From the NCBI GenBank assembly GCA_951406725.2, contig OX597821.1:76198001-76262000 (forward strand): a DNA stretch of 64,000 nt, given 5' to 3'. A program made the position numbers and the translations under genes. The stretch is from Octopus vulgaris (taxonomy: Eukaryota). Below are positions 12,481 to 25,246 of this stretch, one piece after another; positions within the stretch are counted from its first letter, which is position 1; every line of letters begins with the position of its first letter. The notes beneath the pieces are model-generated. The model did not search any database. It was not told where the DNA came from and saw only the letters and a list, made by a program, of their open reading frames with translations.

Positions 12481-13139
12481 GCCAAAACTGAATACATAAA
12501 CAAGTGCCTGTCCAACAGTGATTGCATCATTCATACTCTCAACAATGCGCCCTTAAATATGGTTTCTGATTATAAATATCTTGGGTCATACATATCATCA
12601 TCTGGAAAAGACTTTCTAACTAGAAAGGGTATGGCCTGGTCAGCCTGTAATGTCATGCATAAGATCTGGTCATCAAATCTAAGTAGAGACTTCAAACTTG
12701 AAATCTTCAAAGCCACAGTCGAACCAATTCTACTATATGGCTCAGAAACCTGGACGTTATCAAAGAAGCTTGAGAGGCGGTTGGATGGAACCTACACTCG
12801 CCTCCTTATGAGAGCTCAAAATCTCTCATGGAAGCGCCATCCAACCAAAATGCAAATATATGGGAAACTACCACCTGTGTCATCTCTTGTGAAAGGTAGG
12901 AGAGTCCAGTTTGCTGGACATTGTTGTAGAGCTGAAAAAGAAGTAATTTCTACTCTTCTCCTCTGGAAGCCATCTACTCGCAATACCAGAGGGCGCACAC
13001 TCTCCTACCCTGATGTAATCTCCAGGGATACAGGCATCCAGCAACAGGACCTCCGTAATGCCATGATGGACCGTGAAGTCTGGCGTAGCATGGTAAATTC
13101 CATTGTCTCGACCACGGTCGAACAATGATGATGATGATG
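12478..13139 (+). mobile_element. 5'-truncated RTE-clade LINE, ORF C-terminus with (TGA)n tail
   Basis: YKYLGSYI, ILLYGSETWTL, RRVQFAGHCCR, DREVWR. ORF 12559-13128 runs into TGATGATGATGATG. Confidence 0.92.
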
Positions 13140-13467
13140 TATTGATATGTTACTTGAAATAAAACCGAAATGTTCACATCTTAGATACTTTGATCAACCT
13201 CTACCCTGCCAGAACTCATTTAGGACTAAACGGCACAAACAACTTTTCATTACATTTTAAACATTTTTAAACAACTACTGCAGCTTTGTTTCCATATGGT
13301 ATCGCCAAGTAAAGTAAATTTCCCAATCAGAATCATAGCTTATCGGGATATAAGTATACAACCGCAAATCAGGATTATGAGAATATCATGTATAGTAATT
13401 ATATTAATAGAAAAAATACATTTCTAAATATCTCAGAGAGATTTATGCAGTAGCAGCATGATAAAGT

Positions 13468-14022
13468 GATAGTATGTTGTCAACTTAATGTGGCAATCCC
13501 AGGAAACGGAAGAATGATACTGTTATTTAGCCCTAGGAAACACCGTTTCCTGTTGGGGTTGACACATTTCCTGAGTCCTTATATTTTCAAAGTGGAGACA
13601 AGCACCTCCACCCAGCAAAGCCAGCATCCAGAGACTAGTTTCAGAGTCATCGCTCATCATCAATCTAGAGTAGCATGGCTTGCTAGCATCGATGCCTATC
13701 CACCTTTGAAAACATCTCTGAGAGACTTAGAAATGTATTATGTCTATTTTCAAAATTCACTGAATGTATTTCACTTGAAATATATATGTTTTCAAAGGCA
13801 AACAGGCATCGACAGCTAGAAAGCCATGCTACTCCAGACTGATGACGAGCAATGACTCTGAAACCAGTCTCTGGATGCTGGCTTTGCTGGGTGGAGTTGT
13901 TTATGCCCCCTTTGAAAATATAAGGATACAAAGCCAACAGGAAACAGTATTTCCTAGGGTTAAATAGCAGTAGCATTCTTCCCTTTCATGGGACTGTCAC
14001 ATTAAGTTGACAACACACCATC
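13468..14022. mobile_element. Penelope-like inverted-repeat remnant (about 240-bp arms) with hammerhead motifs
   Basis: 13468-13715 is the reverse complement of about 13787-14022 with moderate divergence. Each arm contains a hammerhead core. Confidence 0.72.
13833..13875 (+). ncRNA. Minimal type I hammerhead motif
   Basis: TCCAGA-CTGATGA-cGAGcaatgaCTCt-GAAAC-CA-GTC-TCTGGA, with 6-bp stem I and GUC site. The opposite arm (13627-13669, minus) has TTGATGA and palindromic GAAACTAGTC. Confidence 0.68.
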
Positions 14023-14915
14023 AGTAATTATATCATTTTCTCGTAAATGAAGCAAATTCATTGTCTCGGCTTTTCGAGATCTTTCAGCCCCTATAGAATA
14101 CATGCAGTGTTTGCGTAATGAACCAATACCGTACATCGTTCATGGTGGATCAAGCCTGGAGTATGTCGCCTCTTTGTCACACAAGAATAATCATCAGTCG
14201 TACAAATGTTTGAAGTATATATTTGATAAACTTTTGCTGTAATAAAATTTAATGAAACGGTTTATCTATTGCTAACATAGATTATAAGGGTTGCGTTGTT
14301 TTTAATTTGTCCGTGGGGAAAAGTGGTCTCGTCACTTCAATGCACTCGATGTTCAGCTTACAAATCTGTAGATTCAGATCTCCAAGAAAGTCTTCAGGAG
14401 ATTCCTTTTTTTTTTTTTTTTTTAAGCATGACCTTCTGGCACATCTCCATCAAATATTATCTGCAGTTTAACATAACGAAACACATAATAAATCAATGTT
14501 GTCTTTGTTGAACTGTTTGAATAAAAAATGGAGTGATTATGTTTTTCCTAGATCAGCGACCACCAGGAGCTAAATAACACCAACAGATTGCTTAATAATC
14601 ATCAAATATGATAGGACTTTAAACTGAGAATTTAGAAGATTGACATTACTATTTCTTGGCGAACCATCTTTTCTACAAACTTAATCTCATCACAGTTGAA
14701 ATTGTTCAATGCTATAAAATCATAAATTAGTGATATGTATGTGATTAATATAGTTGGGTAAGGCATCGCATGAAATATTTTACGGCATATAATTACGCCT
14801 ATTTACGGCCTTAGTTCAAATCCCACTGTAACGGGGTTTGAGTTTCACACATCTGAGAGTCAGTAAAAGTACTACTGATGTTCTAAGGGCGATATAATTG
14901 ACTATAATCTCCTTG

Positions 14916-14950
<35 letters not shown>

Positions 14951-14964
14951 TATAATATTTTCTA

Positions 14965-15110
14965 CTATTGATACTTAATTTATTCACCCAAAAAGGATGA
15001 AATGCAAAGTCGACCGCAGCGGAATTTGAACTCAGAACGTAAAGACAGACGAAATATCTATTTCTTTACTACCCACAAGGAGCTAAACGCAGAGAGGAAA
15101 AACAAGGACA
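14965..15110 (-). mobile_element. SINE family A fragment (a further degenerate plus copy at about 14770-14915)
   Basis: GGATGAAATGCAAAGTCGACCGCAGCGGAATTTGAACTCAGAACG...TTTCTTTACTACCCACAAGG. Confidence 0.78.
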
Positions 15111-15556
15111 TAGCCTTGAGCCTATGTTAGAAATTAATAATTACAATTGCGAAGAAGCAGAGTTAATATGTTGATGAAGTTTCATCTTGTTACGTTCTAA
15201 ATTCAAAACTTGCTGGTATTGATAAAACAGATTTTGGATTATTCTGTAGTAATAATAGGATATATGTACCAAATTCTCTTCCCTCCATATATAACTTGGT
15301 TCTAGTCTATTATTTTAACTTCTGTGAGTGATGCACAACGTTCCGCCTCGGTGAAATGTGTTCATCCATACGATAGATGTAGATGTCCGGAGTTGAAAAA
15401 AAAAAGTTATTTCAAAACTTCCTCTAGATGTATTTGAAGATACGTACAAGATCAGATCCTCGAAATGTTTAGACAATTCGAGTAGAGGTGCCGTTTAAAG
15501 CAAACTAGTGGAAGGAACGAACCAATTGGGATTTTGTAACACCTCCACAGTGAGGT

Positions 15557-15665
15557 ATGTCCTGCACAATTAGTAAGACTGGATGTGATCAATTTGGAAA
15601 TGGAGGGAATGTTGTGGAGTTGATTAAGAATATCAACAATGTTCCGTATACTAAATACAAACAGG
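15557..15665 (+). other. Candidate short coding exon MSCTISKTGCDQFGNGGNVVELIKNINNVPYTKYKQ
   Basis: ATG at 15557, open to a CAGG|GTAAGT donor (GT at 15666) in non-repetitive sequence. No recognised homology. Confidence 0.2.
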
Positions 15666-15734
15666 GTAAGTGTCTCGCTTATTGAATGCAAAATCTAACT
15701 ATATAACGTGTATGATAATAGCATTTAATTCTAA

Positions 15735-16700
15735 GGCTACGAGCTGGCAGAATCGTTAGCACGCCGAGCGAAATGCTTAGGGGTATTTCGTCCGCCGCTG
15801 CGTTCTGAATTCAAATTCCGTCGAGGTCGACTTTGCCTTTTATCCTTTCGGGGTCGATAAATTAAGTACCAGTTACGCACTGGGGTCGACTTAATCCGTT
15901 GGTCTGTCCTTGTTTGTCCCCTCTGTATTTAGCCCCTTGTGGGTAGTAAAGAAATAGGTATTTCGTCTGTCTTTACGTTCTGAGTTTAAATACCGCCGTG
16001 TTCGACTTTGCATTTCATCCCTTCGGGGTCGATTAAATAAGTACTAGTTACTGGGGTCGATATAATCGACTTAATCCCTTTGTCTGTCCTTGTTTGTCCT
16101 CTGTGTTTAGCCTCTTGTGGGTAGTAAAAAAATAGGTATTTCGTCTGCCGCTACGTTCTGAGTTCAAATTCCGCCGAGGTCGACTTTGCCTTTCATCCTT
16201 TCGGGGTCGATTGAATAAGTACCAGTTATGATCTGGGGTCGACATAATCCGTTTGTCTGTCCTTTTTCGTCCTCTCTGTGCTTAGCCCCTTGAGGTTAGT
16301 AAAAAATAGGTATTTCGTATATCTTTACGTTCTGAGTCCAAATTCTGCCGAAGTCAACTTTGCTTTTCATCCTTTTTGGGTTGATAAATTAAGTACCAGT
16401 TGCGTACTGGGGTCGATCTAATCGACTGCTCCACTCCCTAAAATTTCGGACCTTGTGCTAAGACTAGAAAATAACAGTGTTTAATTCTGTTTGGTGAAGA
16501 GCTGGCAGAATGGTTAGCACGCTGAGTAAAAGGCATAGTGGTATTGTATCTGTCTTTACGTTTTGAGTTCAAATTCGCCGAGGTCAACTTTGCCTTTCGT
16601 CTTTCAGGGTCGATAAAATAAGCACTATTCAATCACTTGAGTCGATGTAATCGACTTCACCCTTCCTCCAAAATTTCAGGCGTTCTGCCTGAAGTAGAAA
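15735..16700 (+). mobile_element. SINE family A tandem array (one head plus four core units of about 175-180 bp), followed by a separate copy at 16495-16700
   Basis: GGTATTTCGT restarts at about 15782, 15957, 16135 and 16309. Each unit has GAGTTCAAATTCCGCCGAGGTCGACTTTGCCTTTCATCC or a variant. Confidence 0.92.
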
Positions 16701-18225
16701 GGAATATACATAAGTATCCTTCAGTTATTTTAGTCAGGTATATTGTCGAATCGTCACAATAGCCTACGTACATACATACATACATACACATATGTATGTA
16801 TGTATATTTGTATGCGCGCTTGTATTTATTCCTTTACACACACGCTATATATGTAATCTTTCGCCGTATAAAGGTGCAGAATTTGGACGTCCATCTAAAA
16901 CCGGTGTTGCTCAAATGAAATATATTGTGTCAGGATTGCCCCCTTCTTACTTATCCTCGTCAAAAATTCAGTGAAGCAAGGCTGATCCTATTGGAAACTT
17001 GTAACCATTGAAAATATTACTCAGAAAATCGCATATAAAATCCATAAATTCAAGCAGCGAAACACTAAACTCTGCCTCCAACACTCAACCATATGCTCTT
17101 CTTAATTGCAAATATTGATCGCTTACTTAGTCGTTACTGCTGACAACAAAGGTTTACACTTCAGACATTTTGCATAAAGGTTCAGTAGCTCCCCCTGGAG
17201 TTTGACATGCAACAAGAGGAAGACACGCAGCATGATAATGGCGTTCATTTGTTTCGTCTTTAGTTCTAGTCGCCACATCATCATGATTCGGTGGTTAGTT
17301 TAAAGTTACAGCACCTTTTATGTGGATCTTGAGACAATCAAAGCTGTCAACCTTCCATCAATATCCAGGCACGACTCACTGCCTAACCCTTAGCTCACAT
17401 CTTTTCTCTCATTCAATGTCTCACACGCCAGCTTTTTTTCGTCTCACACTCTTTATTCATCTATCGAATTTCTCTAATTACTTCCTCTCTGTCTCTATCT
17501 CTCTCTGTCTCTCTCTTTCTCTTTGTGTATATATATGTATATATATATATACTTATATGTGTGTGTGGTATGGGGGTGTATATGTATATATATATATATA
17601 TGCTTGTGCTTAAGCACGCATACACACGACGGTATGTATATGTATCAATTCAAACTTGTGTATGTATACTGGCCTCTATAAATGCCAATAATATCGCTAC
17701 AAGTTTTTCCCCACCCCTCCTTCGTTCCTTTTTCTCTCTTTCCCTTTCTTTCGTTCCCCCTCCTTGCTCAGTATATGAGAATTGCTACATAGATGAATTT
17801 TAGCTTGCGTGCGAGACGGTTTGCGTGAATATATGTACACATGCTTTTATGTGTATAATTTAGATTCATATTCATACGTCTGTATATGTATGTATGGCGT
17901 TTACGCGCATCCTTTTGTGTATGTTGATATATATATGTGGATTTTAATATAAATATGTATTGCAGTATTTATAACGGGTTTAATTTCTATGCATTAATTT
18001 GTACTGTCTTCATTAACGGCAATAGGTTTTTTCCTCGGTTTTTTCCTCGGATTTTATAATTTTTATAAGTTTTTTTATATATATATACATATATTTTTGA
18101 CCTTTTGTTTATCGCTCGAAGATTGACCGTTTTTTCTAAAGGGCCAATCAAACAAGTCCATTTCTTTTTAAAGGTGTAGCGTTTGTAAGAGTATAGATTG
18201 AATTAATATATATGTTCCATTCTAG

Positions 18226-18275
18226 CAAAAACTGTCTGATGAACGGCAACGAGAAACTCAGAGTAACAGATTTTG
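18226..18275 (+). ncRNA. Type I hammerhead motif in a PLE-like 3' end
   Basis: CAAAAaCTGT-CTGATGA-aCGgcaaCGa-GAAA-CTC(a)GAG-TA-ACAGaTTTTG, followed by AAATAAAG and (TA)n. Confidence 0.68.
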
Positions 18276-18300
18276 TTGAATTTTCTGCTGCTTAAAATAA

Positions 18301-18334
<34 letters not shown>

Positions 18335-18469
18335 CATATATATATGTTTATATATATATAAGCATGTAAATGTATGTGTATATATATGTATGCATGTATG
18401 TATGATACATACAAAATCATACATTCATGTGCATATGCCTATATATTGGCATACATATCAATTTGTGCT

Positions 18470-18658
<189 letters not shown>

Positions 18659-18899
18659 TTACATATGTATATATCTTTCCAATAAAGTTCGAAAATCAAG
18701 GTTGTTCAGCCTTATTTATAATTATACTATATGTTACACACATACATATAAATATGTACTAGGTTTCCCAAAAAATATATACCTCCTTTAACCGTTGATA
18801 ACTCATTAAATTTTGATATCGGTTTAGATTTTACAAATAATAAAGGTAACCAAAATAAGTTTTGAACAAAGGTAATCTATCCAAATGCTGTGGGAAATT

Positions 18900-19550
18900 T
18901 GAAAATGCAGTCGAAGTGAAAAAAATGGTTCAGAAGGGAGATTTCAAAGAGATACACCTCCGAGACTTACCGTTACTTGAATTAGAGATAACTCCGAGGA
19001 AATGTGTATTGTTTACAGAATCTTGTTCGGTATCTTCCTCCTAATCGCCTCTTCTAATCTATTTGAGTGTCTAATTGTGCCGCACGCTGTTCACCGTACA
19101 GCCACGACCCAAAAATTCAAAGAGAATGACGATTTTGTCGTCCCCAAAAGTAGTCACCATAACTTTCTGTGTTTGCCATTGGTTCTTTAAATTTAGGTCT
19201 TGGACAAGAGCGTGATGCCATTCGATAGGACGAGTCATTGTTTTCATAAAGATACACTTAGGTTTCAGACTGCCACCAGATCGGGAAAGAAAAGCGTCTC
19301 CATTGGTTTCAAATATTTTCAAGTCGAGTGTTAAACTTTGCACACTCTTTCCAATATCTTAAAGTCTTCTTCCTTTTTAAGCATTGTAACCACAGTCCAG
19401 CGGCGCAAGAAGCTCACGGATTTCGACTCATCATTCCGCACGATTTCACTCGTTGGCGATTCTGTCAGTGGTCTCACTTAACGGTCTGCCACTCTTTGGC
19501 TTGTTTCTAATACTGCAGTCGCTTTGTTTAAACTTCTTCATCCATCACTC
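18900..19550 (-). mobile_element. Possible highly degenerate Tc1-like transposase fragment
   Basis: ORF 19071-19343 contains KCIFMK...EWHHALVQDLNLKNQW, reminiscent of FMQDNA...WPPxSPDLNPIENLW. Confidence 0.35.
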
Positions 19551-19835
19551 AAACAATTTGTCACCTTCAGTAGAGGTCCAATAGATTGCCCACGCCACTC
19601 TGTCCTGCATGAAAGAATCCAATGGTGGCACCATGCCCCTGATTAGGACCCATTGTTAGCCTGCAACAAAAAGAACAAGGTGGCATACTGACCCAGTCCA
19701 TTGACTGAATCAAGTAAGAGTTTTAGAGGACATCCTATCTTTGCTAATACATAATATATGCCCAGTTATGTCATTCATGATACCAATACCAAAACACATA
19801 CACTTACTTATATACATACATATATATATATACAA

Positions 19836-20045
19836 GGCGGCAAGCTGGCAGAAACGTTAGCACGCCGGGCGAAATGCGTAGCCGTATTTCGTCTGCCGTT
19901 ACGTTCTGAGTTCAAATTCCGTCCTTTCGGGGTCGATAAATTGAGTACCAGTTACGCACTGGGGTCGATGTAATCGACTTAATCCATTTGTCTGTCCTTG
20001 TTTGTCCCTTCTGTGTTTAGCCCCTTGTGGGTAATAAAGAAACAC
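19836..20045 (+). mobile_element. SINE family A with internal deletion
   Basis: GGCGGCAAGCTGGCAGAAACGTTAGCACGCCGGGCGAAATG...GAGTTCAAATTCCG|TCCTTTCGGGGTCGATAAATTGAGTACCAG. Confidence 0.88.
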
Positions 20046-20089
20046 ATATATATACGATTGATTTGTTTCAGTTCCTGTCTACGAAATCC

Positions 20090-20200
<111 letters not shown>

Positions 20201-20657
20201 AAGATAAATTGATAGATACAACTGAGTGAGCAAACAAAAATATGAGACACTGCGTAGTGTTTTTTTTATATTTTGATAAGCCTGGTACTTATTCCATCAG
20301 TTTCTTCTTGTGAAACCAGTAAGTTATGGGGATGTAAATAAACGAACGTTTGAGAGAAAGATGGAGATGGATGGATTTTGTATAGGAACTGAATAAGGAG
20401 CATTTGTTTGGGATTAATAACTGAATGACAGGTAAGTGATACTAGCGGATGGGGCCGTTAGCATCACTTTCATAATATCGTTTTCATAATTCATCTTCAT
20501 CTCTATCTAATCGTGTTGTTCTATGTCCCCAATGTGTGTAGCATTCCCTCTGTGTAGCCCCTAGTAGGTAATAAAGAAAGGATGCACAAAATGGTATTAT
20601 GCTTCGCTTATTCATCGATACTTCAGAAAACTGAACTTTCACCAACTGAATACTCAC

Positions 20658-20763
20658 CATGTAGTGCCTTACTGATTTTTGCTGGATTTTACCTCGAGAA
20701 AGGAGCCCTGAGGAAGAAGGGCTGAATTTCGAATACTTCGTACAACCACTTTTTCTGGAACGG
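20658..20763 (-). other. Candidate 106-nt exon ending in ATG
   Basis: Reverse strand: acceptor TTTTTTTTCTAACCTGCAG|CCGTTCC...CACTACATG|GTGAGTA donor. Confidence 0.35.
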
Positions 20764-20853
20764 CTGCAGGTTAGAAAAAAAATTTTAATCGCCTCTTTCA
20801 ATTTAGGTTTTTATTTTTCATGTTTATATTCGTATTTCATTGTTATGTTTATA

Positions 20854-21421
20854 TTGGGTTGTCCGGAAAGTTCGTGCCGATTTTTAAAGGAAAGTAAAAG
20901 GTCACTAAATACTTGCCATTACATTTTTAATGAACCAAATCTGAACCATTTCGTTGCACAATACGTATCCATCTTTCCTTTACCTTGAAAATACCCTCTT
21001 CCCAGAATTGGGGTGGTTTCAAGACAAAGAATTCATCAAGGTATCTTTTTTCGTCATGTAAGGAATTGAAATTTTCACCACTAAGACTATTCTGCAGAGA
21101 TCTGAATAAGTGGAAATCCGAAGGAGTAATATCTAGGGAATAGGGAGGGTGGGGGTAACACACCCCAGCCGAGCTGCAGCAATTTTTGTCTGGTTCCCAA
21201 AGCATCAAGTGCCGAAAATGAACTTTCTCATCTTTTACTTTAAAGGGTTGCAGAATTAACAAAGATTATAGGAACATAAAACTTCTTCCACGGAAATATA
21301 GCTTAAACTGTGCTCTAAATGGAGATGTAGTCAAATCCTATTTTATGGACTCAAACATGTTCTAAAATAAGTCGAAAGTTAAGCTACTATAAAATCGGCA
21401 CGAACTTTCCGGACAACCCAA
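20854..21421 (-). mobile_element. Internally deleted mariner element with intact TIRs
   Basis: TIR TTGGGTTGTCCGGAAAGTTCGTGCCGATTTT at both ends, with TA on the left. Transposase remnant HPPYSLDITPSDFHLFRSLQNSL...FWEEGIFKVKERW, fused to the N-terminal KVHFRHLMLWE. Confidence 0.93.
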
Positions 21422-21816
21422 AATTTCTATATTTTTATCATGAAACTCTTAATATAAATATGTGGATATTCGTATGGAATAGTACCTCATGTGCTACATC
21501 TGAATTTTCTTGTCTGAATGTTTTAAGACAAATATCCGAAATTTTTATCGTATAACACATTTTAACTTCCACGCTTGCACGCAAGCCGGTTTACTGCACT
21601 TTAGTTGCTTGCTGATATTCGAAAAGGAAACTTTTTGCTGTAATATACGAATTTTGCTCTCGTGACTGGACTAAAGATACGTTGTTTCCCATTATTAATA
21701 AATTGCATAATAACATTAAGTTATAACTTTATATGGTGCATTTAGGCTCGTTGTGTGACCACCTATTTTCGCCCAAAAAATTGCATACATATTACATGGT
21801 CTTAAACTAATTTTGC

Positions 21817-22461
21817 GGATCTTTTCCTTTTGAACGGCAGATGTCAACACAATTTCTAGTTAACTAAACACTTTTAAACTTCGTATACTGGTAGAATGTG
21901 TTTATAAAACATCATTTTCTCTTCATTTTATTGAGAAAATTCTATAGTTTGTAAGATATTTCGTCTGAAAATCCGAGCATTTCGGCAATTTTAACCAAGC
22001 GATTACCTCCATTCAACTAAAATCATTTGCTGCGTCTAGAACTGAGACAACATCCTGTAACTAACCCTAAACCTCCCCCCTAACCCTTTTTTTTTCTTAA
22101 TTGTTAAATTAATTTAATTCCATTGCTTTAGTTTTTTATTGAGGACAGAATTTCAGTTAGAAATAGAGAACTATAAATTAATTTAACAATTAAGAAAAAA
22201 AATTAGGGTTAGGGGGAAGGTTTAGGGTTAGTTACAGGATGTTGTCTCAGTTTTAGACGCAGCAAATGATTTTAGTTCAAAAGAGAGCATAGGATTGGTT
22301 AAAATTCGAAAAATTAAACTACGTTAAACAAAAAAAAATTACAATTTTCTCAAGAGAGCCAAGAGAAAAAAATGTTTTATTTTGACACATTCTACCAGTA
22401 TACGAAGTTTTAAAGTGTTTAGTTAACTAGAAATTGTCTGCCGTTCAAAAGGAAAAGATCC
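21817..22461. mobile_element. Foldback non-autonomous DNA transposon (about 295-bp TIRs, 8-bp TSD AATTTTGC)
   Basis: Starts GGATCTTTTCCTTTTGAACGGCAG and ends CTGCCGTTCAAAAGGAAAAGATCC. AATTTTGC at 21809-21816 and 22462-22469. Confidence 0.92.
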
Positions 22462-22675
22462 AATTTTGCAGTTAAATTTGAAACGTTTATATTTAGCATT
22501 AGAATTCTTCAAGTTGTATAAAAGTAGTTATTGTATGCATCATTCGGAAGAGAAATAAATTTTGCATACGGTGTAAAAGATACAAATAATTTGTATGGTG
22601 TTGGTAACAAAAAAATTTGTAAGAAATAGAACTTTTAACGTCGTCTTAAATATATTTTTGCCAGTGTATATATAT

Positions 22676-25246
22676 CTCAGGTCATCCCATAAGTTCTGTC
22701 CGAATTTTTGATAAAGAATACAAGTGATCAAATGTTATATTTAATTGAAAGTTAATCATCAATGTACTTTCCTTGATTATCTATGACTTACTTCCATCTA
22801 TTTACAAGCTTTTTAATCCCATCAATGTAAAACTCTTTTGGTTTCAAAACGAAGAACTCTGAAATGTCAGGTTCGACCTCCTCCTGGCTTGCGAAAGTTG
22901 TGTCCCCCTAATAATTCTGTAAACTATGTAACAATTGGTATCCTGAAGGAGTAAGGTCGGGAGAATAAGTTGGATGAAGAAAGTTTTCCAAACCGACCTC
23001 TTCGATCTTCTGTGATGTGATCTTTGCAGTGTGGGGTTGCGCATTATCCTGATTAAACATCACTCATTTTCGGCTCACTAAAGTGGCTCTTTTTTCCTTC
23101 AAAGCTTGGTTCAAACGCTCTAATTGCTGACAGTAGACTTGAGCATTGATTGTTGCATTAGGTGGTAACAATATAAAGTGAATTATGCCTTTGCAATCGC
23201 ACCAGATAGAGAGAAGAACCTTTTTCACATGAAGTTCTCTTCTCGGTTGTGGTTGAGCATTTTCCCTTTTACCAAGCCACTGTTTACGACGTTTTACATT
23301 TCGATAGAAAATCCATTTTTCGTCACAAGTCTATCGAAAAAGGTTGAAATGAGTTTGCGAGAATGGGGTGAAGAGCAGATGTCAACTCGGGATTTGCGGT
23401 TGCTTTGGGACAATACATGAGGCACCTATTTTCCAAGTTTAGGAATCTTTCCGCATTGTTGAAGATGACGATAAACTGTTGTATGGTTTGAAGTAAGCTT
23501 TATTGCCAATTCTTCAACTCATAGTGACGAATTTTCTTCAAGTAATGCCTCAAGGAGCTTATCATCAAACTCAACTGGACGTCCTGTTCGATATTCATCT
23601 TCAATTTTGCAAACGATCTCCTGCAAGTTCTTTCATTCAAGTACCTTCCCATAAACTGAGTGTATGTTTCAAGTCACTTCGGCTGCAGAGTTACCTTTAT
23701 TGTACTCATAAAGAATTATATGTGCCTTAAATGCTCCTTGGATACTTCCATGTTGAAAAGATTTTAATCAAAGCAATTTTAGGGTGTCCACGAAGTCTGG
23801 GTACATGGAATAAAATCATAACATAAACAAATATAAGAAATAATAATTTTTACATTTTACTTCTGTTTAAATTAAATAAAAAATACTTTACGTTTCTAAA
23901 TTTATTTGTTATTTTTTCTACAGATGATCGAATGATGGCTCTGTCTAAAGAAGAAAGAATCCCAGATCGAATGAGGGATCTGTCTAAAGAAGAAAGAATC
24001 GAGTTAGTATAATTAAGTGGACGAGAGGGATGGTCTTATCGCAAAATTGCGGAAGAATTTAATCTTCGACACCGTTATAGGCAACCTATTTATTTTACTG
24101 CCGTCGGGAAATTGATCAAGAAATTTAAAGAAACAGGCAGTGTTTTGGATAAACCCCGTTCCGGGCGACCCAAGCCTTCAGATGAAACGAAAGAGGCTGT
24201 CATGGCTAAAGTTTCTGCTAGCCCAAAGAAATCACTTCGTCGGATATCCACGGTGTTAGGTGTTCCAAAACCAACGATCCACAAAATGCTGGTTGAGGAA
24301 AAGTTTCATCGATACAACCTACAGATATTGCATCACTTAAATGAAGACGACCCTGATAGACGAATGTAGACGTGCGAATGTTTTTCAAATAAATTGGATG
24401 AAAATATCAATTTTGCGAAAAACTTTGTTTTGTTCAGTAACAAAGCTACGTTTTAGAACAGACAGAATGTTCTATAATGGTCTCGAGGTAATCCACATTG
24501 GATAGATCCATCCAAACAGCAAGGCAGCAAAAAGGTGATGGGGTGGTGTGGTTTGTGGAAAGCTCATGTTCTAGGACCCTTCTTCATTGAACATGTAACG
24601 GATGAGACTTATGTAAACATATTGAGAGACAAATTAATATCTCAAATTGAGCGCCTAGGCGAGGGACTTCCGAATTGGTTTCAGCAGGGTGGGGCGCTAC
24701 CCATTTTGCCACAACTATTAGAGATTGGCTTAATGACTCTTTTCCTCACTAGATTGGAAGAAGGGGTCATATGGAATGGTCCCCTCGTTCACCAGACCTT
24801 TCTCCCTTTGATTTATTTTTCTGGGGTATGTTGAAAGAGAATGTTTACTCAATAAAGATTACAGATTTAAAACACATGAGAGAACGCATTACCAGTCAGT
24901 GTGCTGAAATTGGTGGCAATGTAGACTTATTTAATCAAGTTCAACTGAAATTTGCCAGGCGCATCAAGTTAAGCATTGAAAATGATGGAAATCACTTTGA
25001 AAATATTATTTATTAACATTATAATTAAATAAAATTGTTGTGTTTTAAAAGTATGTGTTAATCCCCATGTACGCAGACTTAGTGGACACTCTCTATTAAT
25101 TTGTAAAACAATATTGAATTAGTTTAAACGTGCACAAATGCATAAAAGTAATTTTTAATTGAATTAGACATTTGAAAATACTATGAAATTTCATTCAAAT
25201 CTAAAAGAAAAAGGTAAAATTCGACAGAACTGATTAGATGACATGA
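22676..25246 (-). mobile_element. Degenerate full-length mariner (DD34D type), interrupted by a nested element
   Basis: TIR remnants GTCATCCCATAAGTTCTGTCCGAATTTT and AAAATTCGACAGAACTGATTAGATGAC. Pseudo-ORF from ATG 23751: MEVSKEHLRH...VPH...QDNAQPH...HPTYSPDLTPSGYQL. Confidence 0.88.
23781..25092 (+). mobile_element. Tc1/mariner element (rosa/DD41D-like), full length but pseudogenised, nested in mariner
   Basis: TIRs AGGGTGTCCACGAAGTCTGGGTACATGG and CCATGTACGCAGACTTAGTGGACACTCT. Protein pieces KFKETGSVLDKPRSGRP, WFQQGGA, WSPRSPDLSPFDLFFWGMLKENVY, NDGNHFE. Confidence 0.92.

Noticed and set aside
22050-22232. Telomeric TTAGGG repeats
   Set aside because: Only two or three interrupted units, forming part of the foldback element arms rather than a telomere array.
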